A stretch of DNA of 64,000 nucleotides from a virus. Below the pieces are notes generated by a model. That model did no database searches. It saw nothing but the letters and a program-made list of their open reading frames with translations, and had not been told where the DNA came from. The DNA is taken from IMG/VR virus record IMGVR_UViG_3300017824_001452, one strand, 5' to 3'. The first letter of the stretch is position 1, and each line of letters opens with the position of its first letter. The translations under genes and the position numbers were made by a program. Positions 10,101 through 19,180 of the stretch are shown here, in pieces.

Positions 10101-10926
10101 TATGAAAGATCGTAGAGATGATTCATATGGTAAGTTTGGTAAGAGAGATGAAGAACATAGAGAAAAATCTTTAGAAGAAACTCTTGCTCAGTTAGATGAA
10201 CTTGCTCAGTTAGATGAAAAGCAAGGTTATGATGACAGAGAAGACGAACAACTAGGTATGAAAGACGGCAAAGAATCTGATAAGAAACAATCAATGAAAG
10301 ATCGCCGTGATGATTCACGTGGTAAGTTTGGTAAAAGAGATAAAGAAGATGACAATAAACCTCGTTCTTTAGAAGAAAATCTTAGAACTTTAGACTTATT
10401 AGCAGAAGTAGGCGCAGAAACTTCAGAAGAACCTACTCAACCATTATCACAACATGATGATGAGAGACTTTTAACTAAAGAAGGCGCAGAGGATGCCCCT
10501 AAGGACTCTATAAACGATGGTGAGAACGAAGAAATCACTGAGATGGAAACTGATGCTCAAAGAGAATTCAAAGTAGCAGAAGGTGAAGATAAGCCAGACT
10601 TTGCTGACATCGATGATGATGGCGACAAAGATGAGTCTATGAAAAAAGCCGCTAAAGATAAGAAAGAAAAAGTTGATGAATGGGCAAATGATGCAGGTAA
10701 GAAAGGTACTGATACAGCATTTGAACAAGACATTGAGTTTATGACTAAAGTTATCTCTGGTGGTCTTAACAAGCAGAAGTCAACAGGTCAAACAACTATC
10801 CCAGTTATTGCTGGTCAAGAAGACAGAATGGGATATAATGGTGCTGACGTTGTTAAAGAGGGTTCTGTTGTTTCATCTAATGGATTCGCAACTATTTTAA
10901 ACAAGTTAGATAGTATCAAAGAATAA
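7183..10926 (+). CDS. Acidic modular polyprotein, putative protease-processed internal head protein (1247 aa)
   Basis: Short modules are separated by LDE/VKE/LKE/MEE/IDE/VDE sites. It has internal repeats, a glycine zipper and an EF-hand-like DIDDDGD. Confidence 0.6.
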   Translation: MDFKDILNKFDKASKEESIVETTPKRPANMLTESTESGEVVEVVEGVQVPSLKNMFEELSLEPAKPGAQTIHKDGEVIGTVSNPAVANQMSQAIDKGELQIGQEMQEAEQLDELAPLAALGPALMTGARVAGPWLAKRGAQMISGVARGAGNYAKKNPIKTAVGTGVAGTEQGRELAGNVKDGAVGMYNLTNTTFEKMNDMIDSGKHTFDQASQKIADLGDGAGGMIRGAIGDAAFDTVKRTASTYGLPLLAAVALLYGGKKVLDKVMDKDEDTVREAKDWISGAIKDPGAFSAKAKRHGMTTKAFANHVLANKDDFPAKTEKQANLAKTLGKMKEGEMPPQGPGQASPLTFEGAQNPPDDGSHNSSNDEKGNAAANAALAANDADTPQLVKEKAKGKVSKSSKLPSISKVKSMCNEGLSTKEIQQLHPKCNQQELNIMIKNTKTNLKEGADHILKAAKHMGHAHGLCKGSYACPHDAGSEGARAYHEGYKKGLDEACGMGIKNEPIAGMEEGVLGGVGGAIAGSKLGGMAGTAIGGSIGGVPGATIGKAAGAALGGIAGDKLTGDGIFEEPADEVVDTMASYGAMGEAESSPDGDVGADDDGAYDKYDWDAQTVARKGIDEDEMEEGNAFTGAMAGKEKGEKFTVGDKTFTKTSEAATLEEDEWTFESLEKELNSHLVESTEESKEQLDEGYTMSITQGEENQPDRVSVNATDAEADKLIKFVKDVGLGNYGDAEVLDAPGEVADVSFYGSPEVEVEPQSSHDDMLKLMGIVDVDGDYEDEVEAPGVTDVDVQVDEKSCDECGGGHSMEEGCGDKAYEDQGYDDKEDESLGMRTGKESGKKQSMKDRRDDSYGKFGKRDSEHRDVSLEEQEKDAGLYDKYDWDASTVAKKGIDEESDAERDDHAERAGKEVARHAKYDGRKHPGRDGEDIVKDLEYDDWKDKHHMEEDQGYDDKEDESLGMRTGKESDKKQSMKDRRDDSYGKFGKRDEEHREKSLEETLAQLDELAQLDEKQGYDDREDEQLGMKDGKESDKKQSMKDRRDDSRGKFGKRDKEDDNKPRSLEENLRTLDLLAEVGAETSEEPTQPLSQHDDERLLTKEGAEDAPKDSINDGENEEITEMETDAQREFKVAEGEDKPDFADIDDDGDKDESMKKAAKDKKEKVDEWANDAGKKGTDTAFEQDIEFMTKVISGGLNKQKSTGQTTIPVIAGQEDRMGYNGADVVKEGSVVSSNGFATILNKLDSIKE
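9637..10341 (+). repeat. Three ~42-aa intragenic repeats (9637-9762, 10024-10149, 10216-10341) plus an exact 18-nt tandem repeat at 10183-10218
   Basis: EDQGYDDKEDESLGMRTGKESxKKQSMKDRRDDSYGKFGKRD occurs three times (third copy diverged). cttgctcagttagatgaa occurs twice in tandem. Confidence 0.95.
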
Positions 10927-10949
10927 AAATAAAACGTTGTACCCCGTTT

Positions 10950-10978
10950 AAATACCCGGCTCTGTCGGGTATTTTTTT
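10950..10978 (+). terminator. Rho-independent terminator
   Basis: aaatacccggc-tct-gtcgggtattttttt. Confidence 0.85.
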
Positions 10979-11002
10979 ATCTAAGTAATAAGAACTAAGA
11001 TT

Positions 11003-11010
11003 GATAAATA
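11003..11010 (+). promoter_or_regulatory. Late promoter GATAAATA
   Basis: Motif 22 nt upstream of the fibre gene ATG, with an agga RBS between. Confidence 0.7.
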
Positions 11011-11032
11011 CTAATATTAGGATAGAATTACT

Positions 11033-14000
11033 ATGGCACAAAGAAATATTGACTTCGGAGCATTCCCTGACGATCCAGATGCAGATGCAATACGATCGGC
11101 GTTTGAAAAAGTTCAGTTAAATTTTACAGAAGTATTTGCAGGACTAGGTGATCAAGCAGTTGTCTCAGTCAATAAAACTGCAGGACCTGGCATATATTTA
11201 GTTAATGGTTCTCCAGTAGGTAATGTTGTATTAGGTGCAAACATTGCTTGTGTACAGTTTTCTTCAACAACATTATCAGTAGGTCGTTCACCGGGTACAG
11301 GTCCAGGTTCTGCGACTATTACTGATTCTACTCAAACATTATATATTGATTTACCTAACACAATAGCAAACGTTACTGACGTTGTAGTATCAAATAGTGT
11401 ACAAGGCAACGCAATTATAGGTAATCTATCAGGTGATTTTGGATACGTATTAGCAAATGCATCATCTGGAAATGGTAATATAGATGCTAACAATATAACA
11501 TTGACAGGTGCTGTTGTAGCATCTAATGTTAGTGGTAATGGTGCTGGGTTATCAGCACTCACAGGTTCAAATGTAACTGGACAAGTAGGGAACGCATTAG
11601 TTGCAGGTACAGTGTACACTGCGGCGCAACCTAACATTACTTCAGTAGGAACTTTAACAACACTAGATGTAATGTCAACAGTAACTGCAACAGCATTTAC
11701 TGCAAATACAGGTTTATTTACTGGCGACGGCGGTGGTTTATCAAACATCGTTGGTGCAAATGTAACAGGAGAAGTTACTAACTCTGCGACAGCAAACGCA
11801 GTAGCAGGCGCAAACGTAAGTGGAGAAGTAGCATTCTCCGCAGTAGCAAATTCAGTAGCAGGATCAAATGTATCTGGTGCAGTCTCATTCGCAACAACTG
11901 CTAATGCAGTCGCCGGAGCAAATGTCTCTGGTGAAGTCGCATTTGCCGCTACAGCAAATAGTGTTGCTGGCGCAAACATATCAGGCGAAGTTGCATTCGC
12001 CGCTACTGCTAATTCAGTTGCAGGTTCTAATGTCAGCGGCGAAGTATCATTTGCACAAGTAGCAAATTCAGTCGCAGGTGCAAACGTAACAGGTGAAGTA
12101 AGTTTTGCAAGTACTGCAAATAGTGTTGCAGGAGCAAATGTCTCAGGCGCAGTAGCCAATGCTACACATGCATTATCAGCAGACTCAGCAAATGCAGTAG
12201 CAGGTGCTAACGTAACTGGTGAAGTAGGTTTTGCGGCTGTTTCAAATTCAGTAGCAGGATCAAATGTTTCAGGTGAAGTCGGATTTGCCGCAGTTGCTAA
12301 TAGTGTTGCTGGTGCAAATGTAACTGGTGAAGTATCAAATGCCGCAACTGCAAATGCAGTCGATGGCGCCAACGTATCGGGTACGGTTGCAAATGCTACA
12401 CATGCAACCACAGCAAATACGGTAGTTGATGCGGTACAATCAAATATTACAACTGTAGGTACATTAAGTTCATTAGATGTATCAGGCAATCTTAGTGCTG
12501 GCAATGTAACAACAACTGGTACATTTACTGGTGATGGTGGTGGTTTATCAAACATCTCTGTATCAACAGGATCTTATATCGAAAACGGTACAAGTGAAGC
12601 AAGACTTGACACTGACGGTCCTTTCAGAGTTACAGTTGGTGGAACTGCAAACGTATTACAAGTTAACAATACAGGTACAGAAGTAGCAGTAACAGGCTCA
12701 ATGTCTGTATCAGGTGGATTTGATAACAACATAGACTTTAACAGCACATCTAATTTAGGGCCAGTAGGCAACGTAACAATTACAGGTGGTGCTACTGGAG
12801 CATTCTTAATGACAGATGGCTCTGGTACTTTAACATGGGACACAGCAACTTTAGTTCCAGCACAAGGCGCAGATACACAAATTATATTCAATGACGGTGG
12901 AAGTACATATGCCGGTAACACTGGACTAACGTTCAATAAAACATCAGGTAATGTGGCAATACCAGGCAACTTAGCAGTAACAAGTGCTGTATCTGGTACA
13001 ACACTTGAAGGAAGTTTATTAACAAATGCACAACCAAACATTACAAGCCTTGGTACATTAACAAGTTTAATTTTAAGTGGTAATCTCAATACTAACAGTG
13101 ATCTTATCACTAACGCAGGTAACATTACAATTGCTAGTGGTACAGGATCATTTATAGGAAATGGTGCAGGATTAACAAATATTACAGGAGCAAACGTAAG
13201 TGAAGTTCCTTTAGCAACATTAGCAACTACTGCTACAACAGCAAACGCAGTTGCAGGTGCTAATGTATCAGGAGAAGTTCCCTTTGCACAAGTAGCCAAT
13301 TCAGTTGCTGGTGCAAATGTTTCAGGCGAAGTTGCATTCGCCGCTACTGCTAACTCAGTAGCAGGTGCTAACGTTTCTGGAGCAGTTGCAAGTGCTACTA
13401 CAGCAACAACTGCCACAACAGCAGATACCGTAACAACAGCATCACAACCCAACATCACTAGTGTTGGAACGTTATCGTCATTATCTGTTACAGGTAATGT
13501 GTCTGCAGGAAATGTATCGGGCACTGGTGGTGTCTTTACATACGTATCAGGAGATGGCGCTAACTTAACAGCAATAGACGGACAACAAGTTACAGGTGAA
13601 GTAGACTTTGCACAAGTAGCAAATAGTGTCGCAGGTGCTAATGTATCAGGGACTGTCGCATTAGCAACAACCGCAGGAACTGTGTCTACATCAGCACAGC
13701 CAAACATCACATCTGTTGGAACTTTAACAGTATTAGGTGTAAATGGTATTGTAACAGCACAATCGTTTACAGCAAATACAGGGTTATTTAACGGTGATGG
13801 TGGTGGACTATCTAATGTGGCGGCAGCCAATATTAGTGGTATAGTAGCAAACGCAACATATGCAACATCAGCAGGTAGTGCGGCATTAGCATTAGATATT
13901 ACAGGAGCAACACAACCTAATATTACTAGTGTAGGCACACTAACAAGTTTAACAGTGTCTGGTAACATAACTAACCAGACTCACATTATTAAAGATGTAA

Positions 14001-14302
14001 CAACCGCAACAGCAGGTGGCACCGATCAATCAGGAGCAACAGCATTAAGTGGAGCAGATATATTCTCAGTTACTACACCTAGCAATAACAACGGTGTTAG
14101 ATTGATGGCTGCTACTCCTGGCTTATGTATATACATCAAAAATTTAGATCCAACAGATACATTAAAAGTATATCCAGCATCTAATGATGCGATTGACGGT
14201 AACGGAACTAATGGAGCAATGTCAATAGGTCCTTTAGGACAAATTCAATTTGTAGCCCACAGTTCATCACAATGGTATACTGTCGGCGCAACATATGCAT
14301 AA
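11033..14302 (+). CDS. Tail fibre / virion filament protein with 18-aa tandem repeats
   Basis: N-terminal anchor-like motif (DAIRSAFEKVQLNFTEVF), a G/A/N/S/T/V-rich body, ANVSGEVAFAATANSVAG repeats and AQPNITSVGTL repeats. Confidence 0.8.
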   Translation: MAQRNIDFGAFPDDPDADAIRSAFEKVQLNFTEVFAGLGDQAVVSVNKTAGPGIYLVNGSPVGNVVLGANIACVQFSSTTLSVGRSPGTGPGSATITDSTQTLYIDLPNTIANVTDVVVSNSVQGNAIIGNLSGDFGYVLANASSGNGNIDANNITLTGAVVASNVSGNGAGLSALTGSNVTGQVGNALVAGTVYTAAQPNITSVGTLTTLDVMSTVTATAFTANTGLFTGDGGGLSNIVGANVTGEVTNSATANAVAGANVSGEVAFSAVANSVAGSNVSGAVSFATTANAVAGANVSGEVAFAATANSVAGANISGEVAFAATANSVAGSNVSGEVSFAQVANSVAGANVTGEVSFASTANSVAGANVSGAVANATHALSADSANAVAGANVTGEVGFAAVSNSVAGSNVSGEVGFAAVANSVAGANVTGEVSNAATANAVDGANVSGTVANATHATTANTVVDAVQSNITTVGTLSSLDVSGNLSAGNVTTTGTFTGDGGGLSNISVSTGSYIENGTSEARLDTDGPFRVTVGGTANVLQVNNTGTEVAVTGSMSVSGGFDNNIDFNSTSNLGPVGNVTITGGATGAFLMTDGSGTLTWDTATLVPAQGADTQIIFNDGGSTYAGNTGLTFNKTSGNVAIPGNLAVTSAVSGTTLEGSLLTNAQPNITSLGTLTSLILSGNLNTNSDLITNAGNITIASGTGSFIGNGAGLTNITGANVSEVPLATLATTATTANAVAGANVSGEVPFAQVANSVAGANVSGEVAFAATANSVAGANVSGAVASATTATTATTADTVTTASQPNITSVGTLSSLSVTGNVSAGNVSGTGGVFTYVSGDGANLTAIDGQQVTGEVDFAQVANSVAGANVSGTVALATTAGTVSTSAQPNITSVGTLTVLGVNGIVTAQSFTANTGLFNGDGGGLSNVAAANISGIVANATYATSAGSAALALDITGATQPNITSVGTLTSLTVSGNITNQTHIIKDVTTATAGGTDQSGATALSGADIFSVTTPSNNNGVRLMAATPGLCIYIKNLDPTDTLKVYPASNDAIDGNGTNGAMSIGPLGQIQFVAHSSSQWYTVGATYA
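11756..12400 (+). repeat. 54-nt (18-aa) degenerate coding tandem repeat, about 11-12 units; more copies near 13190-13390 and 13590-13660
   Basis: Protein periodicity [AS]NV[ST]GEVxFAxxANSVAG, with synonymous divergence at the DNA level. Confidence 0.9.
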
Positions 14303-14334
14303 TGTTTTGCATCTTTAGAAAGGATAAAAAACAA

Positions 14335-14796
14335 ATGAAATTATCAAAGAATTTTACACTCACAGAGTTTGAAAAAAGTCAAACTGCTATACGTCAGGGT
14401 TTAGATAACACTATGCCTGAAGAACATTTAGAAAATGCAAAAGCATTATGTGAAAACGTATTACAAAAAGTAAGAGATCATTTTGGACCTGTAATTATTA
14501 ATAGTGGATATCGTGGATCTGCTCTTAATAAAGCAGTAGGTGGAAGTGCAAAATCACAACACTGTAAGGGTCAAGCCGCAGACATAGAAATACATGGAGT
14601 ATCTAATTACGATCTTGCTAAATGGATTGAAAAAAATACAGATTTTGATCAAGTAATTTTAGAATTCTACACTCCGGGTATACCTGATTCAGGTTGGGTG
14701 CATGTTACTTACAATACTGCAGGTAATAGAGGCAAGTCTTTAACTGCATCTAAAGTCGATGGCAGAACACATTATTCTTTAGGTCTCACTAAATGA
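14335..14796 (+). CDS. Peptidase M15A (D-Ala-D-Ala carboxypeptidase-like, endolysin candidate)
   Basis: Motifs LSKNFTLTEF, INSGYR, SQHCKGQAAD and WVHV. The start is moved to ATG 14335 (aagga RBS upstream). Confidence 0.9.
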   Translation: MKLSKNFTLTEFEKSQTAIRQGLDNTMPEEHLENAKALCENVLQKVRDHFGPVIINSGYRGSALNKAVGGSAKSQHCKGQAADIEIHGVSNYDLAKWIEKNTDFDQVILEFYTPGIPDSGWVHVTYNTAGNRGKSLTASKVDGRTHYSLGLTK

Positions 14797-17417
14797 GTAA
14801 TCATCCTGAGTGGGTAACACCAGCCGGAAGTATAGGCGCATTCCCGTCTCAAGTTCCTATGACATTTACGTTTGTAGCAACCCCAGAACTTCCTGCAACA
14901 GCAATTACTTACGCAGTATTGAGCGGAAGCATACCTTCAGGATTATCATTAGATAGTGAAACTGGAATATTATCAGGTACACCTGCAACTGTGGGTGCAG
15001 ACACTACTTACAATTTTTCTATTAGAGCAACAGACGATTATCTAGGTGATACACAACGTATTATGGATAGAACATTTAGTATGATTATTAGTGGTGTTGC
15101 AACACCTGAATTTACTACTCCTGCAGGTACTATTTTAAATTCAAACGACAGTGTATGGAGAGAATTGCAGATAGAATATACAAATCCAGTAACGACTAAT
15201 CCAATATCTATTAGGAAAATTCAAGGAACATTGCCTCCTGGATTAGAAATTAATGAATCAGGATTAATTAGAGGTTATCCTGAACCACCCGTCATTAGTG
15301 TTAATTATAGTACTGTTAATACATCAGTATTAGCCATATCATCAAACGTTTTGACAGTATTGAGTACAACAGGATTTATTAAAGAAAGGCCTATTATATT
15401 TAATGGTGCAGTTTATGGGGACATTGTAGCAAATAGAGTATATTATGTCAAAGATATTTTAAGTGCAACTACATTTACAATATCATCAGCACGTGGCGGA
15501 GCAGAAGAAATTTTATCAGATGGCGTAGGAACATTTGGAGCATTATTACCACAAATACAAACAGGTGAGCCTACTGTACAAACATATTCATTTACATTAG
15601 AATTAGTATCACCATTAGGAAATGCATTAGAATCATATAATATTATTATTGCAAATCAAAATGCGCCGATAAGTGCAGGAGGTCCTGGCCTTCCACCAAA
15701 CAGCAGAATACCTAGTGTCTTAAATACAAGACCACAAACATTTGATGTTGCAACCAATGATCCAACTAACTATGGTTATTATGTATTTCCTAATGATGAT
15801 CCAAATACTACGTATTCACCAAGTGAAGAAGCAAATATAGGAACCTTTCAAAGTGGAGAATATTTTGCATGGAGAATGTTAGGAAAAGATTTTGATGGCA
15901 ATGCTTTAGAATATCGATACACTGATCTACCTTTAGGATTAGTAGGAGATTCAGTGACTGGATGGATAACAGGAACGCCTGTAATTGCTGATAATAGTAT
16001 TTCAAATTATACATTTAGTGTTAATGTAAGAAAAGCAAGTTTTACATCTATACAAAGTTCCACATTTAAATTTAAAATGACTGTTACAAATGATATATTA
16101 GGAGTAATCAATTGGACAACACCTAATGATCTTGGTAAAATGAATAACAGTGAAACATCTATTTTAGCGGTTAATGCAACAAGTGATGTAGAACTTGAAT
16201 ATAGAGTTACGAGCGGCACATTACCTCCCAACTTACAATTGTTAAGCAATGGTGAAATATCAGGTAAAGTAGCATATCAACCCAATGATACATTTACAGA
16301 ACCAAACGCAGAAACACCGTTTACATTTACAATCGAAGCATATTCGCCTTTTTATCCTGTGATTAATTCTACAAGAACGTTTACATTAACTATCGTACAA
16401 GAATTTATTCAACCCACAGATACTTTATATATTAAATGTGTACCAAATGTTGCAGATAGGAATATTATTAATTCATTACTTAACAATACAATGATTTTCC
16501 CTGAACAAGATTTGTATAGGCCAGAAGACGTAAACTTTGGTAAAGCAACTAATATTACATATGAACATGCGTATGGTATATATGCAAGTGATTTTGAAGA
16601 ATATGTAGCCGCTATTGACAAGAATCATTATTGGAGATATATTACATTAGGTGAATTAAAAACAGCAGTTGCAAAAAATTCTGCTGGAGAAATAGTTTAT
16701 GAAGTAGTTTATTCTCAAATACAAGATGATCTAATAAACCCAAAAGGCAAAAGCATCAGTGAAGAAATTTTATGGCCTAGAAGTATACCACTTAGTAAAG
16801 GACCATGGTACACAAGTGTAACAGATATCTACACAAGTTATATAGATACAACCCCCGACGGACAACAAATACAAACAGAAGAAACGTTTGAAGAACAATT
16901 AATCGTTTCAGAAACTGAATTACCTTTGTTAACAGAAACAAGTCAACCAGCATATTATACAAGTTTAACTCCTGAATTTGCAAGAGCATTGTATCCTAAT
17001 TCATTGCCAAACATGAGAGACAGAGCAGGACAGAACTTAGGACAAGAATTTGACTTTAGACTTCTTCCTGAATGGATGACTAGTCAACAAGCAAACGGTT
17101 CGACTTTAGGATATACTCCCGCTTGGGTTCTTGCTTATTGTAAGCCGGGTACCGCTGATACAATTAAAAACAATATTGAAACTTTATGGGTAGATCCTTT
17201 AGGTAAACCATACACATTGAACACAATTAACTTCCAGTTAGACAGAATTACAGTTAATAAATCTACTACGTTTGACTATGATAATAACACTAGTCCGCCC
17301 GCATGGACAGGATTACCTAGTGCATCTCCAGAACCTAATCCTATTGATTCTGAAGACTTTCATGTTTTATTTCCTAGAAGAACTGTTTTACCAGACGAAG
17401 GAAATGTATCTGGATAA
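14793..17417 (+). CDS. Baseplate/virion structural protein with repeated Ig-like domains
   Basis: Repeated GxLPxGLxL...GxIxGTP and YxFTI motifs typical of putative Ig (He_PIG-like) domains, in a structural context. Confidence 0.7.
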   Translation: MSNHPEWVTPAGSIGAFPSQVPMTFTFVATPELPATAITYAVLSGSIPSGLSLDSETGILSGTPATVGADTTYNFSIRATDDYLGDTQRIMDRTFSMIISGVATPEFTTPAGTILNSNDSVWRELQIEYTNPVTTNPISIRKIQGTLPPGLEINESGLIRGYPEPPVISVNYSTVNTSVLAISSNVLTVLSTTGFIKERPIIFNGAVYGDIVANRVYYVKDILSATTFTISSARGGAEEILSDGVGTFGALLPQIQTGEPTVQTYSFTLELVSPLGNALESYNIIIANQNAPISAGGPGLPPNSRIPSVLNTRPQTFDVATNDPTNYGYYVFPNDDPNTTYSPSEEANIGTFQSGEYFAWRMLGKDFDGNALEYRYTDLPLGLVGDSVTGWITGTPVIADNSISNYTFSVNVRKASFTSIQSSTFKFKMTVTNDILGVINWTTPNDLGKMNNSETSILAVNATSDVELEYRVTSGTLPPNLQLLSNGEISGKVAYQPNDTFTEPNAETPFTFTIEAYSPFYPVINSTRTFTLTIVQEFIQPTDTLYIKCVPNVADRNIINSLLNNTMIFPEQDLYRPEDVNFGKATNITYEHAYGIYASDFEEYVAAIDKNHYWRYITLGELKTAVAKNSAGEIVYEVVYSQIQDDLINPKGKSISEEILWPRSIPLSKGPWYTSVTDIYTSYIDTTPDGQQIQTEETFEEQLIVSETELPLLTETSQPAYYTSLTPEFARALYPNSLPNMRDRAGQNLGQEFDFRLLPEWMTSQQANGSTLGYTPAWVLAYCKPGTADTIKNNIETLWVDPLGKPYTLNTINFQLDRITVNKSTTFDYDNNTSPPAWTGLPSASPEPNPIDSEDFHVLFPRRTVLPDEGNVSG

Positions 17418-17457
17418 TTTGTGTTGATAAATAGTATATTGAGAGATTATATAAATT

Positions 17458-18930
17458 ATGACTAGTACAATTAATACAAACGGAATAGACGGAAACTATC
17501 CTGTCCCGGGACAGAATAACAATTCTCAGGGTTTCAGAGATAATTTTACGGCTATCAAAAATAATTTAAATACAGCCGAAACAGAAATTTCAGACTTACA
17601 AAGTAATGCTGTACTTAAAGCGCCTTTAACTGGTATTCCGTTAGACAATAACATGGCCAATACTTTGATTAGTAATGCCGCTGTTAGAACGTTTCGTAAT
17701 ACTACATATAATTTAGGTAATAACGTATCAGGAACAGTCGTAGTCGATTGTACATTAGGTGATGTACAATTTGCAACTATTACAGGAAACACTACGTTTC
17801 AATTTGCAGGTTGGGCACCTACTTCAACAAAACACACAATCACGTTAGACTTAACTGTTGCAAACACTGATGCATTTTTAATGTTCCCTGCTGAAGTTGT
17901 TGGTAGTGGTGACATTTTAGAAAACAACATAACGGTTAGTGGCAACTTAGCAATTGCTAAAGCACCTTATGATGTAACTAATCTCGTATATGATTTTTCT
18001 ACTATTGATTGTGGTAATACAATTTTAGTAGAACCAGTCAACAGAAGTTATCAAATCTCACAAATCGAACAAAGAGAAGCAATTATTCCTACAGGATATG
18101 TAGGTGACAGAAACGGTGATGTTGCATTCTCTACAGTTATCGAACCACAAACAATAACTGATACAGGTAACGTTTTTACTGCCGGAACATTTGTAGTTGG
18201 TAGAGAATATATTATTGTTTCTACAGGAGACACTGATTTTACTTTAATTGGAGCCGCAGATAGCAACCCGGGAACTGCATTCGTAGCAACTGGTGTTGGT
18301 ACAGGAACTGGAACAGCCAGTGACAATACTTTAATTACAGACAACACTACTGGTTTTTATGTAGGCATGCCAGTAGAGTTTACAGGACAAAATGGCAACA
18401 CAGTATTTGGAGGAGTCTCTGCGGGTACAGATTATTATGTAACATTTGTCGAAGATGATACTAGTTTTGCAGTAAGTACTACGTTGGGCGGTAGCAATAT
18501 AGCACTGACTACTGGCAACAGTACAATGCAAGTATCACCTATTAAACATGTTTATTATGCTACAGGAACATTTGACAGCACAGTGAATTCTGTTAATTTG
18601 CATGAAACTACTGCATCAACAGACTTAATAGAATTGGCAGCCACTGTTCCAAATGTTGCATCATATGGATTAAATCAACCTATCGTATTTTCAGGCAGTG
18701 AGATAGAATTAGACGATGCAGGTCTTTTAGCAAATACTACATATTATATTGCTTCTATCGATACAGGTGGTGCAAACACAGCAATATCAATAAGCCGATC
18801 ACGTACAAATGGCGTAGCAGACGGCAACGTATCATTATCTGATCATACATTTACTTCAAACATAGCATTAGGTAATGTGTATACACAGGGCCACGACATT
18901 TGGAAAAGAATTAGGCTAGACTCGTTTTAA
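17458..18930 (+). CDS. Virion structural (tail/baseplate) protein
   Basis: N-terminal YPVPGQNNNSQGFRDNF and C-terminal IWKRI; T/G-rich; late promoter at 17426-17433. Confidence 0.65.
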   Translation: MTSTINTNGIDGNYPVPGQNNNSQGFRDNFTAIKNNLNTAETEISDLQSNAVLKAPLTGIPLDNNMANTLISNAAVRTFRNTTYNLGNNVSGTVVVDCTLGDVQFATITGNTTFQFAGWAPTSTKHTITLDLTVANTDAFLMFPAEVVGSGDILENNITVSGNLAIAKAPYDVTNLVYDFSTIDCGNTILVEPVNRSYQISQIEQREAIIPTGYVGDRNGDVAFSTVIEPQTITDTGNVFTAGTFVVGREYIIVSTGDTDFTLIGAADSNPGTAFVATGVGTGTGTASDNTLITDNTTGFYVGMPVEFTGQNGNTVFGGVSAGTDYYVTFVEDDTSFAVSTTLGGSNIALTTGNSTMQVSPIKHVYYATGTFDSTVNSVNLHETTASTDLIELAATVPNVASYGLNQPIVFSGSEIELDDAGLLANTTYYIASIDTGGANTAISISRSRTNGVADGNVSLSDHTFTSNIALGNVYTQGHDIWKRIRLDSF

Positions 18931-18940
18931 AGGATAGGCT

Positions 18941-19180
18941 ATGTCAGGCATGCATCATCCATTTATCAACGATCTTTCTGATAAAAGTATAGAAGAATTA
19001 CAAGAAGCAATTTCTGATCTTACTACTAAAATTACATTTGCACATCGCATACAAAATCAACCTATGATTAATCAATTAGATATGATTCTTAATAGTTACA
19101 AATCTGAACAAAAGAAAAAATTAGATAAATTGTTTGCTGAAAAAGAGATAGGTGATAACATTAAAGTAGATAGAAAATGA
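18941..19180 (+). CDS. Hypothetical coiled-coil protein
   Basis: 79-aa ORF with RBS (agga), overlapping the next gene (ATGA). Confidence 0.6.
   Translation: MSGMHHPFINDLSDKSIEELQEAISDLTTKITFAHRIQNQPMINQLDMILNSYKSEQKKKLDKLFAEKEIGDNIKVDRK

Noticed and set aside
9637-12400. Repeats considered as a CRISPR array or DGR template/variable pair
   Set aside because: They are in-frame coding repeats with synonymous divergence. There are no constant repeat-spacer units, no adenine-specific variation, and no cas or reverse transcriptase gene in the window.
11332-13968. Long minus-strand ORFs (407 and 464 aa)
   Set aside because: Antisense shadows of the repeat-rich fibre gene, caused by codon bias; no RBS or protein motifs.
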